A stretch of DNA of 64,000 nt from NCBI GenBank assembly GCA_026770705.1, contig JANJGN010000017.1, positions 86,614,001 to 86,678,000 on the forward strand, in the 5' to 3' direction. Position numbers and translations under genes: made by a program. This document shows, one piece after another, positions 49,691 through 64,000 of the stretch. The first letter of the stretch is position 1; every line of letters starts with the position of its first letter. The stretch is from Isurus oxyrinchus. Taxonomy: Eukaryota. The notes below the pieces were generated by a model. That model ran no database searches and was not told where the DNA came from. It saw only the letters and a list, made by a program, of their open reading frames with translations.

Positions 49691-52600
49691 CAGGGCCGTA
49701 ATGATCGGGGTACGGTGCCTGGGACACTTCACCCTGTCCCAGCAACCCACCCCAGCCTCAAAACACTGCCGTCCGTTCCATTTTTAGACAGGTTGAAATC
49801 TCGTTTCAATTAACACGAAGGGCAGCTGCAGCCCACAGGTTAAATATCCATGGCGTCAAGGCATAATTGCAATGTAGTTATTTTTTTTCTCATTCGTCAC
49901 TAAAGTTAAGTCTATACATTTAAATAAAGAACAATCATGAGCATTTTTGTGCAGCCTACATTCTGAAGTCCTCGTTTCGTGTTGTCCTTATAGCAAACCC
50001 TGCTATTAGATCGTGGGAAAGCAAGTTAGATGGTACTTCGTACTGGATGGAAGAAATAGCCAGTCCACCCAGGATATATGGAAACGTAGTTGCTCTTAGC
50101 TAGTCCTTTATCAATTTTAAACAGGTAAAAAGCCTTCACTCCGCTGAGGCAACTGTGACTGTTATCGGCAGCAACATGCTGCCCGATGTTAAGGCGTTGG
50201 GAAGGAATATTTGAGTGCTTTATGCAACGGAAGGGCTTGAAGTGCAATAATTTGTCTTCAGGGACGAATTCTCATCGCACAGAAGCTGTGAAAAATGTTC
50301 CGCACAGCTGATATCGTGAGATTGTTTGTCAGACACTGCAATGTCCAGTCCCATGCCCCAAACATTCTCAACTGACAATCCAAGAGCTCCAAAAAGCCCA
50401 GCAGTGCCGCCTTCTCCAGAATGCGTTGAAAAAATATCAGTCTTTAAGAGCAACCGAAGTTAATTGTCATCAGAAAAGTAAATGCACATACGGACGCGAT
50501 GAGACAATCGCTAAATTCGACACTGCGATGCATGAACAGGCCCGAAGCATTAAAAATGAAGAAATCCTCGAAAATTGTCTTCGCCCTCGCACTAAAAATG
50601 AGCTTGTCTCGTTGATGGTGTTGCGAATGAAGATAAACACTTTCGGAAAGTTGAATATGCAAAACGCTTTGATCTGCCTGTAGCGAGTTCTGGTCTTCGT
50701 CACCAAAAGCAGATGTCCTTTGTGTTTCGTTATAACCATAAGACATAGGAGCACAAATTAGGCCATTCGGCCCATCGAGTCTGCTCCGCTATTCAATCAT
50801 GGTTGATAAGTTTCTCAACACAATTTTCCCGCCGTCTCCCCGTAACCTTTGATCTCCTTACTAATCAAGAACCTATTTGTCTCCGTCTTAAAAACATTCA
50901 ATCACCTGGCCTCCATAGCCTTCTGTGGCAATGAATTCCATAGATTCACCACTCTCTGGCTAAAGAAGTTTGTCCTCATCTCTGTTCTAAAAGGTCTTCC
51001 CTTTACTCTTAGACTGTGCCCTCGGGTCCTAGTCTCTCCTACTAATGGAAACATCTTCTCCACGTCCACTCTGTCCAGGCCTTTCAGTATTCTGTAAGTT
51101 TCAATCAGATCCCCTCTCATTCTTCTAAACTCCATCGAGTATAGACTCAGAGTCCTCAAACGTTCCTCATATGTTAAGCCTTTCATTCCTGGGATTGTAC
51201 TCGTCAACATCCTCTGGACCCTCTCCAGGACCAGCACATCTTTCTGAGATAAGGGCCAAAAATTGCTCACAATATTCTAAATTAGGTCTGAACAGAGACT
51301 TATAAAGCCTCAGCAGCACATCCCTGCTTTTATATTCTAGTCCTCTCGGAATAAATGCCAACATTGCATTTTCCTTCCTAACTACCGCCTCAACCTGCAA
51401 GTAAGCCTTAAGAGAATCCTGGACTAGGACTCCCAAGTCACTTTGCACTCCAGATTTCTGAATTCTCTCCCCATTTAGAAAATAGTCTATGCCTCTATTC
51501 TTCCTACCAGAGAGCATGACCTCACACTTCCCCACGCTGTATTCCATCTGCCACTTCTTTGCCCATTCTCTTGTCCTGTCCCAATCCTTCTGCAGCCTCC
51601 CCGCCTCCTCAATACTACCTGCCTCTCTGCCTATCTTTGTATCATCTGCAAACTTAGCCAGGATGCCCTAAATTCCTCCATCTAGATCATGAATGTATAA
51701 AGTGAAAAGTTGTGGTCCCAACACTGATGCCTGCGAAACTAGTCACCGGCTGCCATCCTGAGAAGGATCCCCTTATCCCCACTCTCTGCCTCCTGCCAGA
51801 TAGCCAATCTTCTATCCATGCTAATAACTTGCCACTAAATCATGGGCTCTCATCTTACTGAGCAGCCTCCTGTGTGGCACCTTGTCAAAGACCTTCTGGA
51901 AGTCCAAGTAGATAACATCCATTGGCTCTCCTTTGTCTAGCATACTCGTTAAATCCTCAAAGCATTCTAATAGATTTGTCAGCCATGACATCGCTTGATG
52001 AAGCCATGATGACTTTGCCCTATTTTACCATGCACTTCCAAGTATTCTGAAATCTCATCCTTAATAATCGATTCCAAAATCTTACCAACGACTGAGGTCA
52101 GGCTAATCAGCCTGTAATTTCCAGTCTTTTGTCTCACTCCCTTCTTAAACAGGGGGGTTACGTTAGCAATTTTTCAGTCCTCTGGGAGCCTCCCTTACTC
52201 CAGTGATTCCTGAAAGATCACCACTAACACCTCCACTAGCTCTTCAGCTATCTCCTTCAGAACTCTGGGGTGCAATCCATCTGGTCCAGGTGATTTATCC
52301 ACCTTCAGACTTTTCGGTTTTCCTAGCACCTTCTCCTTCGTAATGGCCACGATCTTCACCTCTCTCCCCCCCATCCCGCCCCCACCCCCCATCCCCCGAC
52401 TCTCTTGAACTTTGGGGATGTTACTCGTGTGTTCCACTGTGATGACTGACACAAAGTACCTATTCAGTTCCTCTGCCATTTCTTTGTTCCCCACAACTAC
52501 TTCTCCAACGTCATTTTCCAGCAGCCCAAATTTCACCTTTTCCTCTCTCTTACCCGTTACATATCTAAAAAAAAACTCTTGCAATCTTCTTTTATGTTAC

Positions 52601-54541
52601 TGGCTAGTTTACCCTCATATTCAATCTTCTTCCTCCTTATTTCTTGTTTAGTTGTCCTTTGTTGGTCTCTATAGGCTTCCCAATCCCCTGGTTTCCCACT
52701 GCTCTTCGCTGCATTGTATACTTTCTCTTTAGCTTTTGTGCTGTCCCTGTCTTTCCTTCTCAGCCATGGTTGCCTCGTCCTCCCTTTAGTATGCTTCTTC
52801 TTCCTAGGGCTGAATGTTTGCTGTGTCTCCCAAATTCCTCCCAGAAACTCCTTCCATTTCTGTTCATGCTAGGCTCATCTCCCAGTCAATTCTAGCCAGC
52901 TCCTCCCTCATGCCTCTGTAGTTGCCTTTATTCAACTGTAATACTGTTATGTCTGAAAGGACTTCCGCAGAACTGAATTCTATTGAGTTTCTACCTATTC
53001 AAGACATAGGCGGACATGGGTTGTCAGGTTTTCTGATGTCTGATTTGGATGGACAAGTTCTCCATATCACTGATTGCAGGGTGCAGGGATACGGCAATGG
53101 ACAGACATGAGGTGCCAAGGATGAGGCGCAGAGGTGCGAAACCTTGAAGACAATAGCCGAGCATTTTCACAACATGCTGCAACTTAAACCTGACATTAGG
53201 AGATAAGGAAAAGTGCAGTCAAAATCCACGACATTGTTTGTATTTGCACAGTAAATTTGCAATACATCGGGAGCTTCAACTAATGGATGGAAAACATTGA
53301 GAGAGTATGCTTCCTCTCTAACCCAAAGCCACTGTCAGGCAAACTGGTTGTAGATTGAGTAGAGAATATAAATGCAATCCCCGACCAAACAAGTGATATG
53401 AGGATCGCCTTGTTTAAAGTTGTGAGAAGATGCGACAACTGAGAATTTAAAAGTTAATCTGCGTCGTTGGTCAACCACGCATTCAACAATTTTGAATTTG
53501 TGTATGCAACGATTGTATGGTACAGCATCATGTTCGCCGTTATCGCAGTGAACAAGACAATTCAGTCCAGGGAAATGTAGCTTGTTGTGGCTGCTGCACA
53601 CGTCAAAGGATCATTGGTTTCTTGAATAAATAGAGCAGCACTGGATTTATCTCAGCAAAGAACACAGCAGCAGACATAGCAGCTGAAATGGACATAGAAA
53701 ATAAATCAGAGATCGTGTGAAACGAAAGAGAGGTGAGGAGGAGCTGGAGTAGTCGCCCGACAAAGGATTTCAAAACACTGACTTTCGGGACATTGTGAAT
53801 CAGGCTGTCGGAAAACTGATCACAAGTTTGCAATAAATGCAAGCATACTGCGCCAATTCTGGGTTTTTGTATGATGTGGAGAAATTCATAGAAATTGCAG
53901 GAGTCGGCATGAGAAAGTGAAGCATAGAATTGGGCATTGCATTGTTTGAAAAGCATCTCAGAATCTAGGCAGTGCGGACCTTTCCTTAGAATGTCGGTGC
54001 TTCGAGAATTCTTCCCTGAAGGAGGAAGCCCTGAACATCAAGCAGTTTCAGAGAACCCACTGTTCCTTCGTAAGCATAACAACAGCGTCCAGGATTTTGC
54101 TGGAAACCCCAGTCACTGTGGCTTCAAGAGATGGCGAAGTTTTCCCTGATCAAAAGTGGTAAAGTTTTACCTGATGGCAACAATGTCTCAAGTTAGGCTT
54201 TGCGGACTGGCAATTATGCCCATCGAGATGGAAATCGCATCTGACCTGGACTCCTACGATCCGATAGAAGAGTTTGATGCAAGTAAGTCTCCGAAGGTAG
54301 AATTCAGAATGCAGACTGCACGACAGTGATCGTGATTGGTGACATTTTTTTGTAACTATATCAATTCGATATCTTTGTATAGAAGATGATGAACTGCATT
54401 GTAATTATACAGCTGGGCGCTCTCAGTATTTAAATTGCAGGCTTGATGTTCATTGTGATCAGGTTTCACTGAATGAAAATGTTGCGGGCAGCACTGCAGT
54501 GTGATTAGCCCTGGGCACCGTACCCCGCTGAGGACGGCCTG
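49691..54541 (+). mobile_element. hAT DNA transposon (ZMYM1/Tip100-like), decayed, with TIRs, interrupted by CR1
   Basis: Left end cagggccgtaatgatcggggtacggtgcctggg vs reverse complement of right end caggccgtcctcagcggggtacggtgcccaggg. Transposase remnants AKFDTAMHEQARSIKNEE, QMSFVFRY|V, DCRVQGYGNG, and dimerization-domain-like ATMSQVRLCGLAIMPIE. Confidence 0.8.
50734..52945 (-). mobile_element. CR1 LINE, 5'-truncated, relatively young
   Basis: ORF2 pieces KSPGPDGLHPRVLKE, LYKSLFRPNLEYC, YEERLRTLSLYSMEFRRMRGDLIETYRIL...FFSQRVVNLWNSLP; CR1-type 3' tail at 50734; gttat repeated at both junctions. Confidence 0.95.
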
Positions 54542-57049
54542 ATAGAGTCTGTCCTCCTCTTCTCAGAAGCTTATTTTTTAGTTCACTGATGCGAAATGGG
54601 CGTGACTGGCTAAGGCAGCAATTGTTGCGCATCTCTAATTGCTCTTGAAAAAATAATAATTCTTTCCTAAACCGGTGCAGTGCATGTGTCGTAGGACAAC
54701 CTCAGCACTGTTCTAAAGGCTTTTGCAAGCTCGTGCTGCGAATGGATGATGGGTACATAAAAGTGGCAGTGGAGGGCTTATATATTTCTGTTTGGCGTGT
54801 AGTTTCCCTTCTGGCTGACAAAATGGCTACAACTTCGGGGTCTACCTATATTTATCAACATTTTTCAGGGCCACTGGGGGATTCTGCTCCGAACCATGGT
54901 TCCTGTCCGCTGCCCGTCTCTCACCCTGCCTCAACATTTTTTACCTCCTCCAGATGGTCTGTCTGATTGCTAAATGTGGAAGGAGAGCTCCGGAAAAGTC
55001 TCGTGTCCTGATTTGAGCCAGAAACGTGCCTACTCCAAGTCAAGAATCGCACACCTGATCACATTTTTCTTTTCATCCAAGTTTGAAATCTCATACTGAA
55101 CGGGGGTAGGGCGAGGTTATCTGTTCCCAAGGTATTGGACATGAAATGTGCCCTATCACTGGATGAGCGAAAGATCATGAGGCATGCATGATACCGGGTA
55201 TTGAGATATTATATTCATGCAATATGCCAATGTACTCCTAAGTTGGGTGTAGACCAATATGCAACAAACAGCAATTATCGTGTAGCATGCAAGTAGCAAT
55301 TGCAACTGTGGCGCCCTTGTAAATAACGGTTGCTGAATCCATGTTATTGACCAGTTTCATGAGCCATCCTACATTGCACATTCAAAGAATTGAAATTACA
55401 TATAATTAACCAGTATTGGTGTTTATTGACCATTATGCTCACATAACCTTCGGAACGCAGCATGATGGTAGTTATATGAATTGGAAGAGTACGAGGCACA
55501 TGCAAGATTTGATACAGTGCGCAGGCTGTATAAACATTGAATTACCGTGAGGCAGAATCCCTCTCCGAACATTCCCAGAACGGTCAGAACCTCATTGGTG
55601 GACGAAGCTGATTGATGGTTAGTGAGAGCAGTAAGTCGCTTCACTGTGGTGTTGTGTCGTCACTTTTGAATCTGGCCTTGCAAGAGCAGTGTAATGTCTC
55701 ATGTTTCCATACCCGCGCAAACGTTAAATTGTTAGAAAAACCTTTCTAAAACATTTCCACATTGTGGGGTAGATGGCAGTGATGTAGCCGTACTGGCAAA
55801 GCTTGGATTGGCGTGCAGCATGTTCTGGAGCACTAGTCATCAGTGCTATTTCTAGAATATCGTCAATGCCTTAGGCTGTTCCTAGAACACGCGTGGAGTG
55901 AAACAAATTGGCTGAAAACTGGCACTAGTGAGCATGGGAGGAGGCTGAGGTGGATCAGCCACTCTACACTTCTGGCTAAACATAATTGTGAACGGTCCAG
56001 CCTTATATTTTGCACCGGTGTGCTGGGCTCCTCAAGCACTGAGGATGAGGATATATGTGGACCCTTCGCTCCAGTGAGTTCTTTAATTTTCCACTGCCAT
56101 TCACGACTGAAATTGGAAGGAAGGCGGAGCTCCCATCACACCCTTTGGCTGGTGGAACCGTTCAGCCCTGTGAATCACTTGCTGCTTATGCTGTTTAGTT
56201 CGCAAGTATTCCTATGTTGCAGCTGCACCAGGCTGACACATCATATTTAACTATGTCTACTGCTATCTCTGGCATGCCCTCATGCACTCTTATTTGAATC
56301 AGTGTTGATCCCCTAGCTTGGAGATAAAGGTACAATGGGTGCAATTCCAGCCATCATGTTACAGTTTGTGTTTGTGTACAATTCTGCTGCTGCTGAAGGC
56401 CAGAGAATACTAAACTTCATCTGCACAACGATTGTGTGGTGGTCACTCCTAAAAATATTGTTATAGACAGATGATTTTGCCGCAGGTAGGTCAAGTATGC
56501 GTTGTTTTTATCCGTTCTTTGTTCCCCCAATACCTGTCACAGACCCAGTTTAATAGATATCCCCTTTAGGACTCAGCCAGCACGCTCTGCGGTGGTGCTA
56601 TCAAGCCATGTTTGTTGATGGACATTATATTCGCCCATCCAGACTACATTCTTCATTCTTGAAACCCTCAGTGCTTCCGCATAGTGGTGATCAAAATGGA
56701 GGAGTACTGATTCAACAGTTGTGGCTATGGGGAGTGAATTCTGCACGTGGTAATCTGCAGGGCGTTTCCATGTTCATTTTTCATTTGATGCGATAGACTA
56801 CGGGGCCCGTAGCCGATTTTGACGACCTCCAGGGGAATTATTTGCCCAATTTATACCAAAGTGCTGTAATCACCAATGGCTCTGCCCTGCCAGTGGGGTA
56901 GGACCTACCCAGGTTTAATGATGGTGGTGTCTGACCGTGCATCCACAGAACACGAGGGGGAAAAAAAAACTAGAACAAAACACAGCGCAGCTGTGATTTC
57001 TCATTGAAGCTCCTGCTCACATACTGGTCTAGGTCCTGGTTGTTTCTTC

Positions 57050-58300
57050 ATTTGCATTATCCCATAAAGTGATATTACAATACCGAAAGAGAGGGCCTTG
57101 CCCTGACAAGGGCCTGAAATTGTGGAACCTCTGGTGCTGTGGAGGGTGAGATTTTGCACAGGCTTTGAACCGTTTGTATGGTGTTTGCCTCCAAGGAACT
57201 TTGCGCACCTTTGGAGTTTTGAACCTGACCTATGTTGCTTCAAATATGGGGTGGATTTCGATCCCTGAACAGGGCCAGATCATGTGCGGGAAAGTGGGGA
57301 TGTAGTGCTGCTGGAGAATGTCCAAAACCTGCTCAGTTTCAGATTCTGGGTATTTTCTGAACCTGAGGGGAGTGCAATGCATGAGAAGGACTCAAACATA
57401 CGTTTCAGGATTCACTGATTCTGTCGTCAATCATGCCTCTCTCTGGACTGCTGTATCTGATGGGTAAACACGGAATCTGGGTTGAACCTGCAAAGAAGAT
57501 AATAGCAGAGACATCCAGGATCATCAAAATATTTAAAGTGGGAGCCCAGCTCCCAGGAGCTCTTCTCTCCCCAAGCTCGGCTCTGATGCTATTAGCCAAG
57601 TGGAAGCCGGTTGGAGATCAGTTGGACACTGGATTCAAATTCTTAATCTGGTACCTCTAAATCATCACCATCCAACTCGAGTTTGGTACTAAAATCCATC
57701 CCTTGATACCTGGGTCAAGAACAAGAATGTTTGATGAGTGACATTCAATTGTCTCTCTTACATTCGAATCACTGGTGATTTTACATTTATCCTGGGGAAC
57801 ACGTGAATGATCCACAAGCACGACTTGCTTTCTGGTATGCAAGACAATCTGATGGCCATCAGTACTGAGGTCATACCAATGCAGATCAATTATTATTATT
57901 TTCCAGTGTGTTGCAGGTACATCACCCTTGTGAGTAGTGTTAGCATTGTCTTTTGGCCTGCAGACATACCATCTTCTGTCTGGTTCACCGTCACTATCTT
58001 CATTGGTCATTTTCTGACTATTTCTTTCCTAGAGCTGAAAACATATTCTGCAACGGAGAAAACTACGGCTGTGGTTCTAAGAACATTCTTTATTTTGCTC
58101 TGTTTAGTCAACTTACCCATCTTTGTTAGATATAGTACTTGAGAGATAACCGACCATGTTCCGTGGTGCAGTCATATAAAACGAATCTTTTATGATGAGT
58201 CCAGGTGGGTGCGGTTTATATGGCTTAATAGGTTTTTAATCGCATGGCGCCCAGTTGCTTGAATTTTGCTATGACAACTCTTTAGGCTCATGTTAGTGTC
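57050..58300 (-). mobile_element. Possible decayed LTR-retrotransposon (Gypsy-like) pol remnant
   Basis: Weak ordered motifs LVLDPG (protease-like) and PIRYSSPERGMIDDRI..PSHALHSP (RT N-terminus-like). Confidence 0.3.
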
Positions 58301-59734
58301 CATTTGAGTCCATAAGAGAACAAAGGAAAGAATTGCTTTGACCCATAAATTGAGAGCAAAATGAAATATGTGATTTTATTTTACACCATATCGCACAGCT
58401 TCATCATTCTGTGGTTGTTAAAAGTTTTATACATTTGGCATACAAATTTACTAGAGTGGATCTTAATGATTATACTGGCATTGAATATATATTTAGACAA
58501 GGTGGAAATATGGTGCGGATTCTAAATTGCAGAAGAAGCGCATTAATTTATGCTGCAACTCAGGCCAAGTTCAGAGGGAAGATCAAGACCACTTTTAATT
58601 AACTGGTCGGGTAAACTATTCAATTCATTCATCAACTGAAGAACAGATAGCAGCAGAGGGACAGGTCGCAATTTTTCCAGTCAAGTAATGGAATACTTAG
58701 CATTCAACTTACAATAGGGAGACAGAAAACAGAAATGCACTGTCGGAAAATATGCGATGTTTGAACGTTCGGACAGATGTTGACAGGTGGAGAGTGAGAG
58801 CGCCTCATGCAAGACAACAACTTCACTCCGTTCTTCACGGGATTGATTCTCCTCTTCTCAGTTCGGTTCATGGTGAACTTCCGATTTCAAAAAGAAAATG
58901 TAATAGATGCTGGAAATTTTCTTGGGTGAATTGATTTTGCTTAATTGATTTTGGGATCACTGTCTCCTGAACCTCATCCTGCCTTTAACTACAGAGACCA
59001 TGGAATTGTTGTTGCCTCCAAAACTTTTTAAATTAAATTTCGGAAACCATGTTTGAAATCCTCAAATTTGTTTTCCACCACTACCACCCCACACAACATT
59101 GCTTCATTCTCATTGGTCTCTACAGTTGCCTATCTTCCCCCTCCCTTGCTTGGGTTGAACAGCCATTCCCTTGCCTCCCCTGATACCTCGGCACCCTACA
59201 TAGCTGGAAGACAAATCATATCATCGCTTTTCCGAGAACAAATGAGTAACAAAACCACCTAACCCTTTGTTGTCACTCACTACATTGGCCGCTCGATCTG
59301 TGAATTATCCCGCTCACTTGCACGGGTTGCAAAGGGGGCCGAACCTCGTGTTGGCCTCAAGTCACTTCCTTTGGCTGCTCGTTCTATTCATTTGCCTCAC
59401 CCATGTCACCCATTGTGCACGGACCCAGCTTCGCTTTCTGTAATCGCTCCAATTGCAGCTCGAACTGTCTATCACGCTATGGCAACGATTGAACAGGGAC
59501 GTTTGCATACTGCAACCACGCCCCCCCCCCGCCCCTCTTCCCCCTCAAAATTTGCCTCCTGTTGCCAGTCCAACGACCCAACCTCCCGTTAGCATGTGCC
59601 GACTGGAGAAACTACTGTCTTCAATCATTACTTCCAAACCAAGCCCTCCCTCCTCCAGAACAAACACTCAAATGTGCGTGCCCACACACACACAAACAAA
59701 CACACCTCTCCCCCTCTCTCACACACAGACACAC

Positions 59735-59906
59735 NNNNNNNNNNNNNNNNNNNNNNNNNNNNNNNNNNNNNNNNNNNNNNNNNNNNNNNNNNNNNNNNNN
59801 NNNNNNNNNNNNNNNNNNNNNNNNNNNNNNNNNNNNNNNNNNNNNNNNNNNNNNNNNNNNNNNNNNNNNNNNNNNNNNNNNNNNNNNNNNNNNNNNNNNN
59901 NNNNNN
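59735..59906. other. Assembly gap (N)
   Basis: Run of N. Confidence 1.
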
Positions 59907-61989
59907 CGACAACAAAAATCTTGAATCTTTGCTTCCGGGTCTGTGTGTACGAGGGAAACTTATGGGGGTGCAGTTTGATGAGGGGGGAGGTTTACGTTCA
60001 AGCTCCAGACGACTTGGAGACTAATAAAGCGCCCAACTGCTTTATCCCTGCTGTTTATCAGTTTCAAAACTGCTGCAGGTTTAAAAATATTTCATTATTT
60101 ATGTCTCCACCCTGCCTGTTTCATGTGAACCCATTCCTCTGGGGTCTGAAAATCAGGGCAGCAATTACCAGAGGGCAGCGGGTGGGGAGCGAGTTTGCTT
60201 GGGGGTCGGTGGGGTCAGAGAGGAAGTGAGGTGAGAAACAAGATCAATGCAGATGCAAGACCCCAGCTCACCTTGTTCTGCTGGCACTCAAGTGTCAATG
60301 GAGCGGTGTTCAACTGAAGATGAATTATGATAATTTGCTTTCATTTTTCTATCCTCATTTTGTTTCAACCATCTATTTGTCCAAGGGATTTCCGGGTAGA
60401 ATTGACTTTCTAATTCCCCTTTAATGGATGTTAATGTGAATTAGAGGTTCCATTGCCCCCGAACCTCTCTTGGACAGATATATTGTTAAATAAATAAGCT
60501 GTACACTATAATATAAAAAAACTCAACAGAGTTATAAGTAATCATTTAAATAAAATGTAGTGTAAAGTAATTTAACAATTATACCATCATGACCATTTCA
60601 GCATGAATTAAATCATATACTTGGTTCTTATTGTTTTGCGGGATTTGGGCACCTCATTTTTGCCTATCATAATACTTCTTGATAATGCGGTAACAATATT
60701 CTTTCTTGGACCACTGCATTGTTTGTGGTGCAAATATACTAAGAGTGCTGCAAGTTGGGGATTTCAGGGGCTTTAACCCAGCATAAATGAAAGAACGGCT
60801 ATACAATTCCCAGTCAGCATGTTGTGTGGTTTATATGGGAATTATTAGTTGGCGGTGTCCTTACACATCCACTGCCCTTGTCTTTGTTGTAGTAGTGTTG
60901 GCGTTTTTGTCGGGCACAGTAGAAGGAACCTTAGCGAGTTTCTGAATGGATCTTTCAGATGCTACACACAGCCTCCAGTGAGCGTATGTGAGGAATATAT
61001 TTTTAGTCCAAGGTGCTGGACGGGTTGCCGATCAGGCAGTCAGCCTTGTCCTGGGTGGTGTTGAACTTCCTCGGGGTTTTTGGAGCTTTCGTCGCAGGCA
61101 AATGACGTATGTACTATCGCTCACATCAATTATGATTTTAAAATGGTGGACATGCTTCGCTGGATCAGCAATTGTGATAAAATCCATGGATTTTGTATCC
61201 TTTAACATGCTCTTCTAACCATGATATTTATATCGGTGGTCCAATTCATATTCTAGTCAATGCACATGGATAAGGACAGAGGCATATGGATAAGGGCAGC
61301 TTCAGTACCTGAGGATTCATGAGGAGCGCACAATATTCTGCAATCATCAGGCAACATCCCCACACTCGACCATATGATGGATTTAGGGTCATTGATGAAT
61401 CAACTAAACCTATTTATTGCCAGTTCACTAACTGATAAACGCGTGGAGTTTATCCCTTGCACTGAGATTATGGATAATCAATAAACACAATTATCTTCGG
61501 TTGGCCTAAGTATGACTAAAATCAATGTAATGATTTCCGCGTCATGTGTTTTGCAAAATGTAGGTTCCCGATTATGTCTGGAAAGAGATGAGTTAAAAGG
61601 CTAAGTGCGGTTTGCTTTATGATTTTCTGTATTCACGAACTCTACCCAGAACAAATGTAATAACATGACGGGAATTAGGACAAAGAGTAGGACATCTGAG
61701 CTTAGAACCTGGGCTACCATTTAATAATATCATCACCGACCTGTCTTTGGCATTAATTCCGCATTGCTGCTAGCGCCCCACAACCGCCCACCCCCGCCAT
61801 TCTCCGCCGCCCCACGCAAATGCACTCTCACACAAACCCTAACACTTTTTTCCCCGTACATCGAAAATCTTTATATGTCATCTGGGAAATATTCAACGAC
61901 CCAAACAAAACACTCACCGTCACCAATCTCTGTCTGCTAGGCACTCAGGAAGATTGCATTCGCTTAACTGAAGTGGCTTAAGAAGCTGT

Positions 61990-62840
61990 GAAACATAAAT
62001 GTTAAGCTGGGGGAATGGGGTCATTTTGCAACTCAGCAAAACATGAGCAATAAATTGATTGAAAAACGAAAGTCAAAATGCAATATGAATGTAAGCTGGC
62101 AAGATACATTAAAGCGGAATTTAAGAAGGTTCTTTGGTTTTTCGAAAAGAAAAGTTTCGCTTGGACAAACGTGCGCCCATGACAGGTGGAGATAGGAGAA
62201 TGTACATTGGAGACGAGGGAACTGGCGGTGAAACTTAGCAGTAACTTTGTATTTTTCTTCATGAAGAACATATCGAATAACTTCCAGAAATACAAGGCAA
62301 CCAAGGAATTTGTGAACCTTAATGAATGAAGGAAACCTTTTTGTAAAGTGGTAGTAATCGAAAATTTATCTGGTTTGAAATTTGCTGAATGCCCTGGACC
62401 AGATGAGCTGCATCCCAGATTTTTGTGGGTGGTGGCTGTAGAGCTACTGGATCCGTTGCTGATTTCCTTTCAAATATGAATAGAATCTGAATAGGTATCT
62501 GCCTACTGGAAACCAGCAAATATATCGCCACTATTTAAGAAGGAAGGAAGAGGGAGAATAGAGAATTAGAGACTTGTTAGTTTGTCACCAGTTTCCGGGA
62601 AAATGTTAGAATCTATCACACATGATATGATAACTTGACGCTTAGCAAATAATGGTAACATGGTGGAGAGACAACAGGGATTTAGAAAAGGGCCATTATG
62701 TTTAACAAAGCTGTTTGAGGTATTTTTGGGTGTTACTCGTAACAGAGACAGTGGGCATGGTGTTTTCGATTTTAAGATGTGTTTTAATATTGCCCGTCAC
62801 AGAGTGCAATTCAACAACATTAGAGTACATAGGATCGAGA
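61990..62840 (+). mobile_element. CR1 ORF2 internal fragment
   Basis: ccctggaccagatgagctgcatcccag (PGPDxLHP) and RQQGFRKGPLCLTKLFEVF. Confidence 0.75.
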
Positions 62841-63619
62841 CAATATAATATCAATAAACAGCCATGATCTATTTGGGTGGCGCAACAGGCTTGATTTTCT
62901 ATATGTCCTGTGCGTGTTCCTCCGTTCCCATGTTGCAGTGTACACTAACGTATTGGATCTCTCTCCCTCTTTCGCTCTCTATCTCTATTTCTCTTTCACA
63001 CACGCACACACACACAGACATACGCGTATCATTTGTCGCTGGAACTTATATTCTGATTTTTTAAAAACCACTTCGACATGACTTCGTTTTTGCAGGAAAT
63101 CGAGAATGTACATTGTAGCTGTTGTCCGAGCGAGTGGAAATTTCTTGGTTTGATGTTGGTTTCAAACGTAGTGCTTTGATTCGATTCAATTCTGTTTATC
63201 CTTGGGAATTCCCCTTTCATATATCCATGTTGGCTCTGCATAATCTTACCATTGTTTCTAAGCGTCTAATTATCACATCTTGCGTGATAGAGATTAAATT
63301 GCTCCCGGATACTTGTTACAAACCAACAGGTCTCTCGTTCTCTATTCTCCATCTTCCATCGTTCTTTAATAGCTGGGATACATTTGCTAGTTTCCAGTAC
63401 GTAGGCACCTAGTTAGATTCAATTGAATTTTGAAAGATAATCAGTAGGTGCATTTTATTGACATGTCGAGTCCATAAACGCCTTAGGAGTGAGAGTAATG
63501 GAGAGAATCACAGTGATGCAGAGTTGAATAGCATAAAGAAGTTTCTGATTTTGCTCTTCACCATATCTGGCAACTTTAAACTTCTTTAGTTGATGTTTAT
63601 TATGAAATCCATACATGGC

Positions 63620-64000
63620 AAGTTAGAACCTATGAGCAGGAGTCGGCCATTCGGAAATTCGAGCCTGCTCCGACATTCATTATGATCATGGCTGATTCTT
63701 TATCTCAATGTCAAATTCCTGCTTTCCCTTCATATCCCTTGATGCCCCGATCATTCAAAAATTCTTGTTTGTGCTCGGTGACACGGCGAAATGTTTCCCA
63801 CTCTCTAACTGAAGACGTGTTTCCTCATCTCAGTCCAAAATGGCTAGTCCAGTATCCTGACACTATGGCTCCTGGTTCTAGAATCCCGAACCAGAGCTAA
63901 AGGTGAAACTAGTCTGCCTTCCCTTGTTAGAATTGTATACGTTTCAATCAGATCTCCTCTCATTCCTCTAAAATCTATTGAATAGATGCCGAAAAGAACC
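63620..64000 (-). mobile_element. CR1 3' end
   Basis: Similar to 50740-51130 (ggccattcgg..gagcctgctccg..gtttcaatcagatctcctctcattc). Confidence 0.85.

Noticed and set aside
54960-55740. Coding-like unique stretch
   Set aside because: No recognisable motif or splice structure; probably decayed TE but cannot be assigned.

Overview
Vertebrate genomic DNA, most likely a cartilaginous fish (shark). This is inferred from the repeat families: CR1 LINEs, a Penelope-like GIY-YIG element and Deu-domain SINEs. The window has three assembly gaps. The only host genes are two divergently oriented SLC43A3 (ENBT1, MFS nucleobase transporter) paralogs. Copy A is on the minus strand, with coding exons at 6670-6477, 5366-5234 and 2907-2861; the rest presumably lies left of the window. 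Copy B is on the plus strand, with 11 coding exons from 27486 to about 45818. The two genes are the arms of an old inverted duplication centred near 14.3 kb. Between them is a previously unnamed array of ~1.2-1.7 kb units (unique core + CR1 3' end + GA-rich spacer), with 2 copies in the left arm and 7 in the right. Both paralogs carry disabling lesions: a frameshift in A; exon loss, a compensating 1-nt deletion, a dead splice donor and a replaced C-terminal tail in B. Penelope termini with a hammerhead-ribozyme-like motif of variant core occur three times, twice at the same site of mirror-image array units. The rest is old and young transposon debris, including a hAT element with TIRs interrupted by a younger CR1. 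All similarities were judged by eye, and family assignments rest on recalled motifs rather than database searches.
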